From: Azolla caroliniana
Lineage: Eukaryota; Plantae; Polypodiophyta
DNA: 64,000 bases
Direction of reading: 5' to 3'
Assembly (NCBI GenBank): GCA_043228905.1
Contig: JBHGNT010000003.1
Location: 23,374,001-23,438,000 of the forward strand
The position numbers were made by a program, and so were the translations under genes. This document shows positions 36,101-49,479 of the stretch, one piece after another; the stretch's first letter is position 1; each line of letters starts with the position of its first letter. The notes beneath the pieces were generated by a model. The model was given only the letters and a program-made list of their open reading frames with translations. It was not told where the DNA came from and ran no database searches.

Positions 36101-37605
36101 TTTTGCCTATACATTATCATGATTGGTTAATTGACAATACGTAAAGTGATAATAGACTAATAACCTCTATATCAATACATCACATCATGCTCTTGTTTTC
36201 TTCTAGGAGTCTACATGTGTTATATACATACATGAACCACACATTTGTCGTCCATTTGTTGGGTAAATTCTTATGACTATTGTAAACCAACCCATTGAGA
36301 TATGTTTCAAGTGGTATAGGAAATGTTGGAATTAGATAAATTCAACATAAATTATGGGAAATTGTAAGAGCTTTGAATAGTTGGCACCTCTTGCGTTAGT
36401 AGTAGTTAACACATTGATCAAAAAAACTATAGAAATAGTGTGATCCACAAATCATGGACACTAAATGATTAATAAAAGTAGAGAGGCTCACATGGCACAC
36501 CCTTTAGTTTAACCACACCAAGACTATACGCAACCAATTGTTTTGCAAACAATCCTTTTCCACTTTGTCAACACGTCCCTTTGTGAAGTCTTTTTGAAAG
36601 CTGGTCTAAACCTTTGATTAAAAAATGATGTCGTCTCTTTGAGACATATGTTCTTACAACCAACTTTTGATCCGAACGCTTGATTTAAATATTATGAAGA
36701 TCTTTGTGGTTGGTATGTCTTTTGACTCCCATATTATGATATCAAGAAAATGTCAGCATTAACAAGGGGTTGTACTATTGGTCGTACCATTAATATATGT
36801 TTAACGATTTAAATTTATTCCCTTAGTCAAAAAAGTAGATAATTATCACAAACTTACTAATTATTATAATAACAATAATCATAATGTGAATAACCTCATG
36901 CCTAATCACAATGCTAATGACGTAATAAGGCAAATTACGTTTCTAACTAGCATTGGAATTAGTGCATTCCTCTAGATTAATTACTGATTTCAAAAAATAT
37001 TCAGCATGTGGGCTAAGAGCATTCTCAATTGAAGTAGACAAGAAAGCTCAATCCATATTACATAAACTCATAATTCTAAAATACAATACAATCAAAGTTA
37101 CCAAGAGAATTCAGCTCCACAATATATATATATATATAAATTGATGCTTTCTTCAAAAGGTTTCTTGGGAGAAGTACATGAAAAAGGTCACCCAATTACT
37201 ACCATGACATAGTACATGTTCAATGAATTTACAAAAGTATTATACGAATTTATGATACCATGCTTTGACCAAACACGCACCAAACTTCAATGTTATACAT
37301 GTTTATCACTTTACAAGGATAAACTCAACCTCCAAGGCCCACACATTGAGCATCGTAAACCAATCCTTTCTTTAACCAGTGACTCAGTGAGGTGCATATA
37401 GATTTAGAATTTTCAATTAAAAAAGTCATATATAAATAGTCATCCATGACATAATATTTGGCATTGAGCATCCAGTCAAAACTGATGTGTAATTTTCAAA
37501 ATTCACGGCGAGCTTGAAAGCGTTGATACTCCGAAGCATACCACTGTTTGAAATGGGGTCATTTATCCTTTTATGATAATATGGTATACATTATGTTGAT
37601 TAATG

Positions 37606-40223
37606 TCAATTTTTTGGAGTTTGGGCATTATGGGAATGAGTATGCTCCCCTTCATATGTGACAACAAGAATGTTTGAATCATCAAGAGCGCGCTCCAAGA
37701 ACTTTCGAGCAGTGCAACCTCTTACCACACTACATTTGTAATAACTCCTATATATCGAAGTCAAGAAGGAAGATTAATTTATAATTAAATGATGCAAAAA
37801 CAAATTTGGGACAAGTATGAAAAATACATAATTCTTATCATTTCCTATGTTTGAAATTTGGATACCTAGGATGAGGAGAGCCTTTAATAGGCTTTTGCCC
37901 ATATTTCCTCCACGAGTATTCATCAGGTGGTATTTCGGCCATTTTTGAACTAATTGACGGCACTCGAATGACTTTCCGATCCCTTGATTTCCTGAAATGC
38001 ATCGGTGAATAAAAGGCATTAAAACACTGACTCCATTGTTGAAGACGAAGGGTGAACAATACATGTGCTAAATTTGCACTTGGAACAAATATAGATTCAC
38101 TATCATGTTGGTCTTTGTAGTTTATAACTTTTCTATCACAATAAGTTTTTAGACATTCCAACTTTGTGAGGGACTTGAGCTACATGTTTCCCTAGAACCA
38201 TGTTTGATCCTTGCCATAGGCTATGCCTCATCCTGTAGATCACAATCGGTTTCTCATGGATGTTAAAAAGATGTATATATAGAAATCTATCTATCTATTA
38301 TGACCTGTTATAGAGGGGACAAGGCATATCTTGTTATGTGTTAAGGTTGGATATGGACTTATTGGAGCCCCTTTGTCCTCATGCCACCTAACTAAAGTAA
38401 GTTCTCATAAGCAATGTGGGAATCATAGAGGGAAAAATTTCAAAGACTTCTTGGTGCAACCATATACTTCGATGAACACATGATTGACTTCGTATAAATT
38501 TAGACTCCGCCATTAGCAATTTAGCTTATAAAGACACCTAAAGTTGTATATATTAAGTTGATGACCTAATTTGAGCCTTAGCCAAGCACATGGGATTCTA
38601 ACACCAAAGAGGAAAAACATTGCGAGACTAATGAAGAACTAACCTTCGTTTCGGGCAATGGCATTTTCCTGAATTGCTACATTTTGCACCTCCGTCTTCT
38701 GAATGTTCGGAGCACTTTTTCCTCGCCGATGAAATTTGAGGTTGCCCACCATTGTATGTCCCAAATGAGTGATGATTAGAAAGGACCGACACCTTGCTGT
38801 TTGTGACCACGTTCCCATCCACACTTAGGGAGGACATGAAGGAGTTAGAAACCACACTAGGACTTGACGTAAACATCGAGTTCTCAGTCCGTCGAGCGCT
38901 ACCTAAAGTGGTGGACCTTTGGGGGCCCTGAGTAGATTCCCCTTTTTTATTGGATCTATCAACACTAGGCATACCAGAATTGTTTACTATGGATCTATTG
39001 GCATTAGGGACACCATTCCCCACAGATCTATCAACATTAGGCACACCATTTCCTATATTCGACCTATCGACATTAGAAACTACGGATCTATCCACACTAG
39101 GCGTAACATTTAGTGCCGCTGTAGATCTTTGGGCATTAGATCGTTGAATGCTACCCGGAGCGGCATTGATGTTGGTTGCTCCTTGCACCAAGAATGGATT
39201 AGGACTAGAAAAGTTATACTTAGGCATATTGATTAATGATTTAGTCATGGGATCACATGAAGTGTTGAGGACATTGGGGCCAGTGCAAGGAGCTAGGTGG
39301 TAGGCATACAGAGTAGATCTTAGATTGTTCGGGTTAGCATTAGCATTAGCGTTTGTGTTAGTATTAGTGTTGGTGTTAGCATCAATTTTGGGATTAAGGT
39401 GCGAATGGATCGAATTCTGCATATATGATGACGGCGTGGGCATACTAGTGAGGCTATATGGGATTTGGGCTTGGTGTGAAGAGAAAAGAGGTGTGAAACC
39501 CTTAGTGGTAGCACTAGAGGAGGTATTGTTATTACTGATTGGGGCTTGATCTTGGGAAGAGCCATTATAAGTTATAATGCTTAGAGGTGGTGAGGAAGAA
39601 TTAGTAGAAGGTGCTTGGGGGGGAGAAGAAGAATTAGAAGGTGTTCTCAACACTCTGCTACTGTAATTGTTGTCATTATCCTTATTGGCATCGATTTTAC
39701 ATTCGGTGTTGGCGAACTTCTCGTGAGGAATGTTCACTTCCTCGCCTTCCTTCGACGATATATTGATGAAAGGCCGTTTTTTCGGAGGCTTTGTGGAAGA
39801 GGAGGAGGAAGAAGAATTATGATCAATGGAAGAAGATCTGGTGGTAGACATTAAATTGGCTATGGAAGGTTTCACACTAGGGCCCCTCTTCACCCTGGCA
39901 ACATGATGTCCACTTCTAATGCTAGAGCTTGACCTAGAAGTGTTCAATAACGAGATCGCATTCTTGAAATTTAACAACAGGTTCGCATCCATCGAACACT
40001 TGTCCTTGTTGACGGCCTTGGGTATATTGATGCGAACTTCATCATCTGTTAGAAAGCCTCGACCTTCGGTCTCTTGTTGCTGGCGAGAAATCAATTGCAT
40101 AAGATTTTGCAAGGTCTCGAGGCACGACGAAGCCGCCTTGTGCACATCACCTTCTCTTAGATCATTGAAACTAGAAGAAGAAGGAGGGGGAGGGGGAGTA
40201 TAGTGAGAATCCAAGACTTCCAT
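37606..40223 (-). CDS. WRKY: Group IId WRKY transcription factor, 3 exons (40223-38644, 37991-37866, 37747-37606), 615 aa
   Basis: C-domain [14 protein letters not shown]-like [11 protein letters not shown], Zn cluster [39 protein letters not shown]-type intron and C-X5-C-X23-H-X-H finger. All GT-AG junctions are in phase. Confidence 0.96.
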
Positions 40224-40599
40224 GGCCAATGAGGGAGAGATCCAAAGATGTTTGGTGGCGAGGCCACGAGTGAATGGGTCGGAATTGGGGTTGTGAAGGA
40301 GAAGGGGGGGAGTATTTGTTTGTAAGAGTTAAGGGGGTAATGGGGAGGTGTTATGGAGAGAAATGAGAGGAGCGATAGACCCCAATTATAAGGGGGGCAA
40401 AGGGAATCACAATATCATGGAAGGTGATTTGAGTGGAGTAGAGTTGAGTGGTGAGTGGAGTGATATATCACTAAAACACACACACAACAATCTCCTCTCT
40501 ATCCTCAAAAGGAGAGCAATTCCTAGCATCTCTCTCTCTCTCTCTCACTTTACCCATTGGATTGGCCACTCATGTAATAATACAATAATATATATATGT

Positions 40600-40633
<34 letters not shown>

Positions 40634-40754
40634 TCTCTCTCTCTCTTCACACTCTTAACAAAAGTCTTCCCCCACCCTCCACATTAAGACATGTTCATAG
40701 CTAATGTACAAGTGTCCGTCATATGCTTGCATCTATACATTATTCACTACTAAA

Positions 40755-41269
40755 TTGACCCCCCCCATCTCTCTCTCTACATTTGATCATGGTGAAACTT
40801 CTCCCTCCTTATTTGGTCGTGGTTGAACTCCTCTCTATAGATTTGGTCATGGTGAAAACTCCTCCCTCTACATGTTTGTCATGGTGATATCTCTTTCCCT
40901 CTCTACCTTTCTCTCTCCCTCTCTTTGTCCTTGTCTCTATCTCTCCCTCTCTACCTTTGTCTCTCTCGCACACACTTATTATAGTCAACTCTCTCTCTCT
41001 CTAAATTTATGTGGGGCAAATTCTCTCCCTCTACCATATATGTTGTGGTGAGGCCTCTCCTCTCTCTAGATCTTGTCATAGTAATCTCTCTCCGCCCTCT
41101 CTGCTTTTCATTGTCATAGTCAACTATCTTGAGCTATGGGTTCTTCGTCGGGATGCACAATAGTAAAATTCTTGAGCTTCCAGGAATCACCTACCAACGT
41201 CATAAACTACATGGAAATGTTTCTTTCTTCTGGTCCCGTAGGTCCTTTTTGACCCTGAGAACAATGATA

Positions 41270-41311
<42 letters not shown>

Positions 41312-41900
41312 TCCATATCTTTTCATCGGTAGCCATTTGTCTTTTCTTTCACCTTTTCCGCAAACTCCACCAAACCTACCAAGGATGTCCACCCAACTTT
41401 AATGTCATTCTTTACCACCCCTAAGTTTAAGGTCAACAACTTTTATGTTATGCCCTTGCTAGTCAGCACTCCCTATGGTGTATGTCACTATCTAGTATTA
41501 TAATTCTTTAATGATGCCCTTGCTAGTCAGCACTCCCTATTGTGTATGTCACTATCTAGTATTATAATTCTTTAATGATGCCCTTGGTGTGCCACATCTT
41601 TCATTGACTGTGAACCCTGAATCCACATGCATATGTTAAAAAGTTACTACACCATTCCACATGACACATTTTGATATCATGGAGTCTCCATACGAATGCT
41701 CATTGTCAAAAAAAATTATTATTATCACTAAATCTGAATTACGATTCACGATCTTCCACATGACACGTCTAAACATTGATTGATTATAATACATCCATTT
41801 TGTTCAACCACCCTTCAATCACGACACCGTTTTTATCAATCAATACACTTTCTCGGTTGCCACAAGGCTCATGATGTAAACCACTATTTGTCAATTGACC
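40755..41900. promoter_or_regulatory. W-box cluster upstream of the WRKY gene
   Basis: TTGAC(C/T) on either strand at 40755, 40983, 41118, 41249, 41431, 41604 and 41895. A TATA-like TATAA lies at ~40386-40390 on the minus strand. Confidence 0.5.
41450..41586. repeat. 64-bp tandem duplication
   Basis: ATGCCCTTGCTAGTCAGCAC... at 41450 and 41514, one mismatch. Confidence 0.9.
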
Positions 41901-42606
41901 ACATGCCATCAATCGTGTGGTCCACATACACGATGACCTTGTTTTGGGGTTGAAACCATCAGGTAATATTTTTTATCATTGGATTATGACTATATCAAAA
42001 GCAATATTTTAGGTAAGATATTTTAAAGATTTTCCTTTCAAGAGAAAAGTATTATTATGCTTATTCAAATGTATATTAATAGGAAGCCAGTATCACTACT
42101 TTGATTTCACAAGAAAGTATTGGAATCATGTTATTTTTCTTAATTTTGTTTTGAATTTTAAGTAATGGATTTGATTGTGGCACATCATCTCGATGAGAAT
42201 AGGTTTTCATACGAGTGTAAAAGCATCAACAAGTGTTGAGCTCATGCGCTCACATATTCTTATCATATATGAGCAGGTTTCCTTTTACATGTTCATCATT
42301 GAATTTCTTTTAAAGCATCTGAGTAGGGTGCCAATATGCAACCAACATATATGATTTCTCATTGTATAATGATGTCTATATTGTGAACTTAATATCACCT
42401 AACATGTCTCTCTTGTATCTCCTAGGATTGTGAGTAGTCAAGCATTTGTTAATGGTGTAGGATTGCAGCTACCCAACCTCTCATATATGCACACGTGTTA
42501 TTTTGGAAAAAAGGTCAATATTGATATCATTATGGGTTGACATGTCATTGAAAAGATATTGAATAACACTTCAGAAAGAATGAAAATGATTTCTCATTGC
42601 GTAATG

Positions 42607-42613
<7 letters not shown>

Positions 42614-42673
<60 letters not shown>
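42614..42673. repeat. (GT)n microsatellite
   Basis: Pure GT run. Other GT/CT/GA runs lie at ~30-72, ~28034-28072, ~30807-30876, ~40602-40645 and ~41272-41308. Confidence 0.95.
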
Positions 42674-42676
<3 letters not shown>

Positions 42677-43369
42677 TCAATATCTTGTAGCGTGTCTCTT
42701 AGTATTGTGTAAAGTCAAGCATTTGCTAGATGTGTAGGATTACACCTATCCAATGTTTGAAACACTTAGGAAAGAATGATAATGGTATAGTACCATTTAG
42801 AGTGAAGCTTCAACATGATCACTTTGAAATACTTAGACCCCGTTGGATATTCTTTCCATTCTCTTTTTCGAGAGTTATTATTCATGCCTATGAAGTTTGT
42901 GTCATCGGTTCCTTTGGAGCAATATCTTGTCCTTGGTTATGTACAAAAACATCCACGAGACAGTGAGATGGATCCCCTTGCTTTCCGAACATTGCTAGAT
43001 TGTGGTGGTAACAATAGTTGTTACCATGAGCTTCAGATTGTAGTCTTGATTAATATGTGATGGTTCAATGTTGATTATCAAAAGTATGCTAGTCAATCAT
43101 TTCTAGGTTTTTAAATCTCCTGATATCTAAGTCCCCATGTAGATAATGATATTTATTTAAAGTTTTTACATGACCTAATCATATTTATGATTACATGCCC
43201 CATTATAACTAAACACAATAACCAAAAACATCACACATTGATATAAAACTTGCATAGAAAGGTAAAATTGTGGTGGAACTAAGAAGTTAACTTGGCCATT
43301 TCCTTTTCTTTTCCGTCTTCAAGGGTTTTGAGTTCCTTCAATTTTCCATGTTTTGGGTGCTTTTCTATC

Positions 43370-43405
<36 letters not shown>

Positions 43406-45199
43406 TATTGCTTTGGGAAATTGCTTGGCAATTTCAACATGCATAGGTTGGTGATTGAAAGTGTGCAACAACTCATCATGAAAGCTTTTGTATAGTTCTA
43501 TATACATATTGACAAAAAATGAACGAGGGATGTTTATACAAGTCCAACAAATTGAGGGTGTTTGCACAAACTTAATTACTACCTTACCTAACATTATGTT
43601 GTCCATAAGTCTTAGTTTATTGTTGAAATATCAATAAATTGGTTCTATGATGCTCACAATGCTCACATAATTTATTCTTAGTATCTTGCAACATAATGTT
43701 TTTTATTAATCTTAAAGAAATAGCTAGTAAATGGCCAATTTTTGTACATTGTCTCACTTTTTGAGTAAATTTATAGAGGAAGTCTATTGCCATATGCAAT
43801 TTTATATGCTCGAATGATTCATACTAACTTACAGTGCTTTTCTTTTATAGAATAAGATATTACATTATCCTAAATAACTTTCTATAATCACATTCCAAGT
43901 AAACATATTCTTTAATTAAATTTGAAATGATTAAAATTTCCCAACACACTAAATTTTTGTACATTGTTTATACTCTAGAATTAGGGAATTGATGGTTCAT
44001 ACCTATACTACTTATTGATTGTTTTCAAAGATATGTAACATTTTACTTGGTGTTAAGGTTAGTGATATATGTTGTTACTAAATAGTTCCCCAATAATCAA
44101 ATTTGAAGTAAATATTGCTTGATCATTAGTCAACATTTCATCAACAAAGAATCAAGATACATGAACTGTTTTGAGGATATGTGTCTAATTTTAGGATTAA
44201 GCGGATGCACAGACAACCTTATTTAGTGTAAGCCTATCACATCGCTTTCAAATGACATTGTAAGAATAGTGCTAGAATCCATATTTAATTAATTGAATGA
44301 TGATATTCAGTAATTTCTTTCCCTTAATTTTATGAAGGAACTCTAATAAAAGAATGTCCTCGAACAATTATGAATTAAGAAAGTTGTGAGTGAAATGTTT
44401 GCATGTTATTATCTTAACTTATATCTAAATAATTGTATTGAAATGTTGGATTAGATTTCCTTGTAACATAGTCCTTGACTATAATGATAATGAAGGAAAC
44501 CGAGGACTCTCTCTTGGGCCATGTTTTTTAAAGCAAAATCTTCTTGTTTCGCAACAAGAAAAGTCGTCTTTGGAGTGATCATTTAAAATAGAAGTTGACT
44601 TTTACACTGCAATGTGTACATACTTGTTTAAAAGAACTATGTCTCCTCGAATATCTAAAGAACATGAACGTAAGGAGGGCAACATTGCATTTGAGCTTTG
44701 GTACGATACAAGATTTTGGAGCCAACTAGCCAAAACTCAAGGAGGCAAAATACTATTTCAAAAGCTAGATACCTCTCGAAATAGTTATTTCCCAATGTTG
44801 CATAACTCTTCTTTGTGAAATAATTGGATGCGTGTCTTCATTCTACAAAGGAAATTAGCTACCAAGGGTAGCATAATCTTTAAGTCAAATATTGTTTTCA
44901 ACTAGAAATATATTTTCAACTAGAAATATATTTTCATCTTTGAACTAATCCTTTATGTATTATAAGTTGACTTTACGAATGTAATATAATTATTTAAGCG
45001 AACGATATCTAATCAAATCTTCCACGAAAAATAAAAGGTAGAAGGACACCGACATTGATTAAAAGTTTTTGCTTAAGATAAGACTTATCATCACGATGGC
45101 TAAGTTTGATGAGATAGATGTAAAGAAGAAGATATGTCTTATCACATGCCCACCAATATAAGATATTAGAGAAGACAAGTTGACTTTAAGAATTAGTAA

Positions 45200-45990
45200 T
45201 ATACACACATTACAAGTGGGTAAAGTTACATTTGGGCACGCTCCAACTGTTAGTGACCTATGTATTACTAGCCATTGGAATGTGGTAATTCGCATAACGT
45301 GGTGTTGTTTCCATATTTTTTGCCAAAACTTGGTAAAAATTAAATGGGGAACATGATATGTGTGCCAAATCTTTGCAGTGGCCGGCTCTTGAGCGGTTTG
45401 AACGACTAGAATGTGGCATCCCAATCTAGTAGTGAATTGGAAGAAAGGGATGGCTTTGCTTCTTGAACCTGCATAAGGATCCCACCATGTCCATTGCAAA
45501 GGGTCCCAACTTACCTTATGTAATAATGTGTTTTCATGAATACATATACATGTCATTCTAGTTGTACTTTGATCAGATCATGATCTACAATCCATTTATG
45601 ACCTATATATGCGAGTGCTTGAATTGCCATGTTCAATGTTGGTACCTCATTGTCTCACAGTTCATGGCCTTAAATCCTGTCTAGTGTTTCCCTACCCCTC
45701 AGGATCAAGGAGCCCTCCTCCTCGTAGCCTTTCTACTTCTCCGTTGTTGTCCTTTGATTAGCAACTTCCCCAAGCAATATAGCGTTCATAATTTCAGATC
45801 TCAAAGTCCATCTGCCCCTAATTCTATGGAGTATGTTGGCTTGATCTTGTAGTGGCAATGACATAAACTGTCTCCAACGTTCTATACTCATTCTTTGACG
45901 TTCTGCAATGTTTCTCCATGATAGCCCCTTACTTGATCCGATTAGTTGACCGGATTCATGTCTGATACATGGGTTCCACAAGTGGGTAAT
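45200..45990 (-). mobile_element. LINE ORF2 C-terminal fragment, same family as the 49.5-53.8 kb LINE
   Basis: WRQFMSLPLQDQANIL and WDPLQWTW.DPY are shared with 52516-53034. Confidence 0.88.
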
Positions 45991-48900
45991 GTTGCAGACT
46001 TTTCGTTCAATACTATCCTTTGTCAAAAATTATTATCTCATCTTCAATAGTGCTTTAAATGTGTAAACCCCTAACAAAGAAGGTCTCTTTTGAAAACAAA
46101 TATATATGCAACATTGAACTTCGATTTCCAAATGGTTAAATAAAAATCTCAATTGGAGATGCCATCATAGATATATGGACTGATCTAATGGTATCCTTGC
46201 GTGCACAATTCAAAAACCTACATGGAGATTTAGAGTCTAAGAGTTGGCACAAGCACAATTTATCTCACTCTGGGAAACCACACCATTGGTGGACTTCACA
46301 TTAGGACATCTGAAATGGTGCTTCTAGCCACCTCAATAACTCTACTCCCCCTAGCCAAACAAATCACCAATATTGCTTTCAATGACAGAAGCTTGCTAGT
46401 TGTGTCTTGATGCTTGTTGAAAAATAACAGGTTTTGTCCAGCAACCGTTTGATGTTATGTGGATAGCGATTGCCCCACCTTTTTGATCTACGGTGTCACA
46501 CAACGATAGCCAAATATATATGAAAGCAAACTATAAATAGTAAAGTATCTATAGATACTTAGTGTGTACATAGCCTAATTTGTATATGCAATTTACACAA
46601 CTAATGGGAATCAAAATTTTCTTAGAAAAAAAAGTTTCACAATTTCTTTTTTTTCCAAAAAAAACAATTTCTTTCTTGATTCCTTCATTTTGTGTTTGGT
46701 TCATTTTGAACCTACAACCTTTTGTTTATTAGTGAGTTTGGTATTCCCTTTAATTTGTGTGTGACCCACTTTGAACGTGCAACTTTTCTTTTGATAATGC
46801 TAGCAGTTAAACATTACTAGAGTCATGCCATAGTTTTACAATGAGGATGTATTACAAACACCAAACACTAACAATGTCAAAGAAATACTGAATCAAACGA
46901 GATATTCTAAACCTAATTGAAGAATCTTATTCAGCGAGAAGTTCACATGTGTAAAGGAAATCACTTTCCATAAATCAATTTTGTGATACACATGTCAAGA
47001 AATTGTAGTCGTTTTTGACTATGACATTGACATTGACGTGATGGGACAAATTTTAAACTTCTCAATCGTGTTTCATTATGTTCACATTTGTGTCTAAAAC
47101 TCAATTGTGTTGTCCCAATTTTGCTCAATTATCTTTGATTGTCTACTGGTGTTGGCGAACAACCGCCAGTACATTTGGATACGTAATAAAGAAACATAAA
47201 TTTGCATTGGTGACACCACCTTAAATTGCATTATTTCGATACTAGTCATAACGTAAGTTTGACATAGTTTTCACGCAATGATTCATTTGGAGAATTCATA
47301 AATTTGTGTTAATTTTCTATGCTTTCTATGTCAAAAAATGTTTGTGATTTTACCAAAACTTTATGAGTTGTATATATGTATGTGTAGGGTGAGAAAGATG
47401 ACATGTTCTTTATTTTATATAAATTGAAAGAGTACTCCAGAGTCCAAACCTTTCCATGAGAAAGAGTTTACTGCGACCATGAAGCGAGGATTGTTTGGCT
47501 CAATAATGATGGATTAACATGTGCGAGACGGTAACCATAGATCAACGTACACTTCATCTCAAAGTTCATGGTTTCTTTATATAATGATGCATTTTGCTTC
47601 TTTAGAATCCAAGTTTTTATTTCTCTCCGACTTTCAATGACAATATTACCAACTAAATCTACTTTTTACTAGGTAAGTTTTTATCAACCTACCCAATTCA
47701 ACACACCTAGAAAAAAACACGATTTTGCAAATGTTTTACTTAACATAGAGTGTGTCTTCAATAAAGGGAGCGTGTGTCTTCAATAAAGGGATGATAACTT
47801 AGCAACCTTCGGTACTTGTATTTATCAAAGTCAAAGTGTTCTTGTTCTCCCTCATCGGGGATCTCTTAATGCGCAATTTGTTGATCATGATTTCAATCAT
47901 TTATCCATGCGAAATGCATGCCTTTATCGACCCTGGTGTAATATAAATTGGCGCAACTTGTTATACATCATGTCTGATTTATTGCCACCTATAACTTGAC
48001 CTTTGAAAGTTCAAGCATTTATGCATCATTAATGATATTCATGCATATAAGCATGGCTTCGGCTCTTTGGGATATGTGTCCACTATCCAAGGATGTAGTT
48101 GATGAGTTCTTATACATATTTACACAAAACTATACAAATATGGTCAAATGGGGTTGTTTAATGTAACTTACAAAATTTCCATGTATTCCAAAGTTTCCTT
48201 ACACTTTCTAGAACCAAATAACGAGTTCCCCTTCTTTACTCCTATTCATTATTCACGAGTCATGATTTCTCATGCAATTTATGAAAACACATTGACCTAT
48301 TCATCTTTCTTAGGAAACACCAATTTTCGATATGGAAGATTAACAAAGTAAAAACTCCCCAATTTATTACATGACATTCAAAAAACATGTGTGCTCAGTA
48401 CGTGTGAGAAGTTTGATACATGTATGCAAAGATATTTATGTTGCTTTTTTTACTACCAAATAAAATGCACAACATTTCAAGGAATTAAATGTTGAGGGAA
48501 TTATATCACTAGTATGCTTTTGTCAATAATGAACTTTGTAAATGACAAGGTTTGAATTAACATTCTACCAAACTTTTGAACATCAGAAGGTTGCTTTTAA
48601 TTTTTGTCAAGGATTACATCATAATTAACATTGACTATTTGGGTAATAGTGGACATTAGCCGTAGATCTTTCCATGAGTACATTGTTGTATTAAATGTTA
48701 TTAACTCAATAATAGAATACAAGAATGAAAGACAAACCGATACCAACTAGTGCATCAACTCTATGATGAAGTTTGTGATAAAGAAGCTTGTATTATCTCT
48801 TGAAACATTTATTGCGGTATTGAAAATCAACATTACATTACATTACAATATAAAACACATTAATAAAGTAGTAAAGTAAGGCTCGACGTGTTAAATTTAG

Positions 48901-49479
48901 TATTTTGGTTAAAAGTGACTTAAACGATTAGGGAAACAATGTTTAGACATCCATATTTCGACAAAGCAATTCAAAGGGGACAATGTCTCAAGGTCTAAAA
49001 GTCCTTTGCAAGTAGACAAAAGGATGAAATAGCTCTTATTTCATGGATACCTTCTCACCAAGGATTTCAATTATATTCCTAATTATAGTTGAAACAATGA
49101 ATTTCCATATTCGAATTTTATTACAATGCACATAATGCTTATAGTTTTTAGTGACAAAAAAGGATAAGGTAATCGAGCAATGGGCTTTGCGTACATAGGC
49201 TTGATAAATGCCTTAAGCTTTGTTCCAAGTGTGCCTTCAAAGGATAAGAATGATTCCTTAACAGATTAGTGACTTTTCACACTTGGCAGGTTTTTGTTCT
49301 ATGCTTTAAGTTTGGATGGTTTAAATATTATTTGAATAGGCTTTAGCTTTAGTTATTTGGGTAAAATGGAGGTTACGAATGTGTATATGTTTTAGTAGAT
49401 TTATAGCAAATTGAAACGTAAGTTCATGTATTGGAAGTCCAGATTTGGATAATTTCATGTGCTTCTTAAAGTTGCACAA

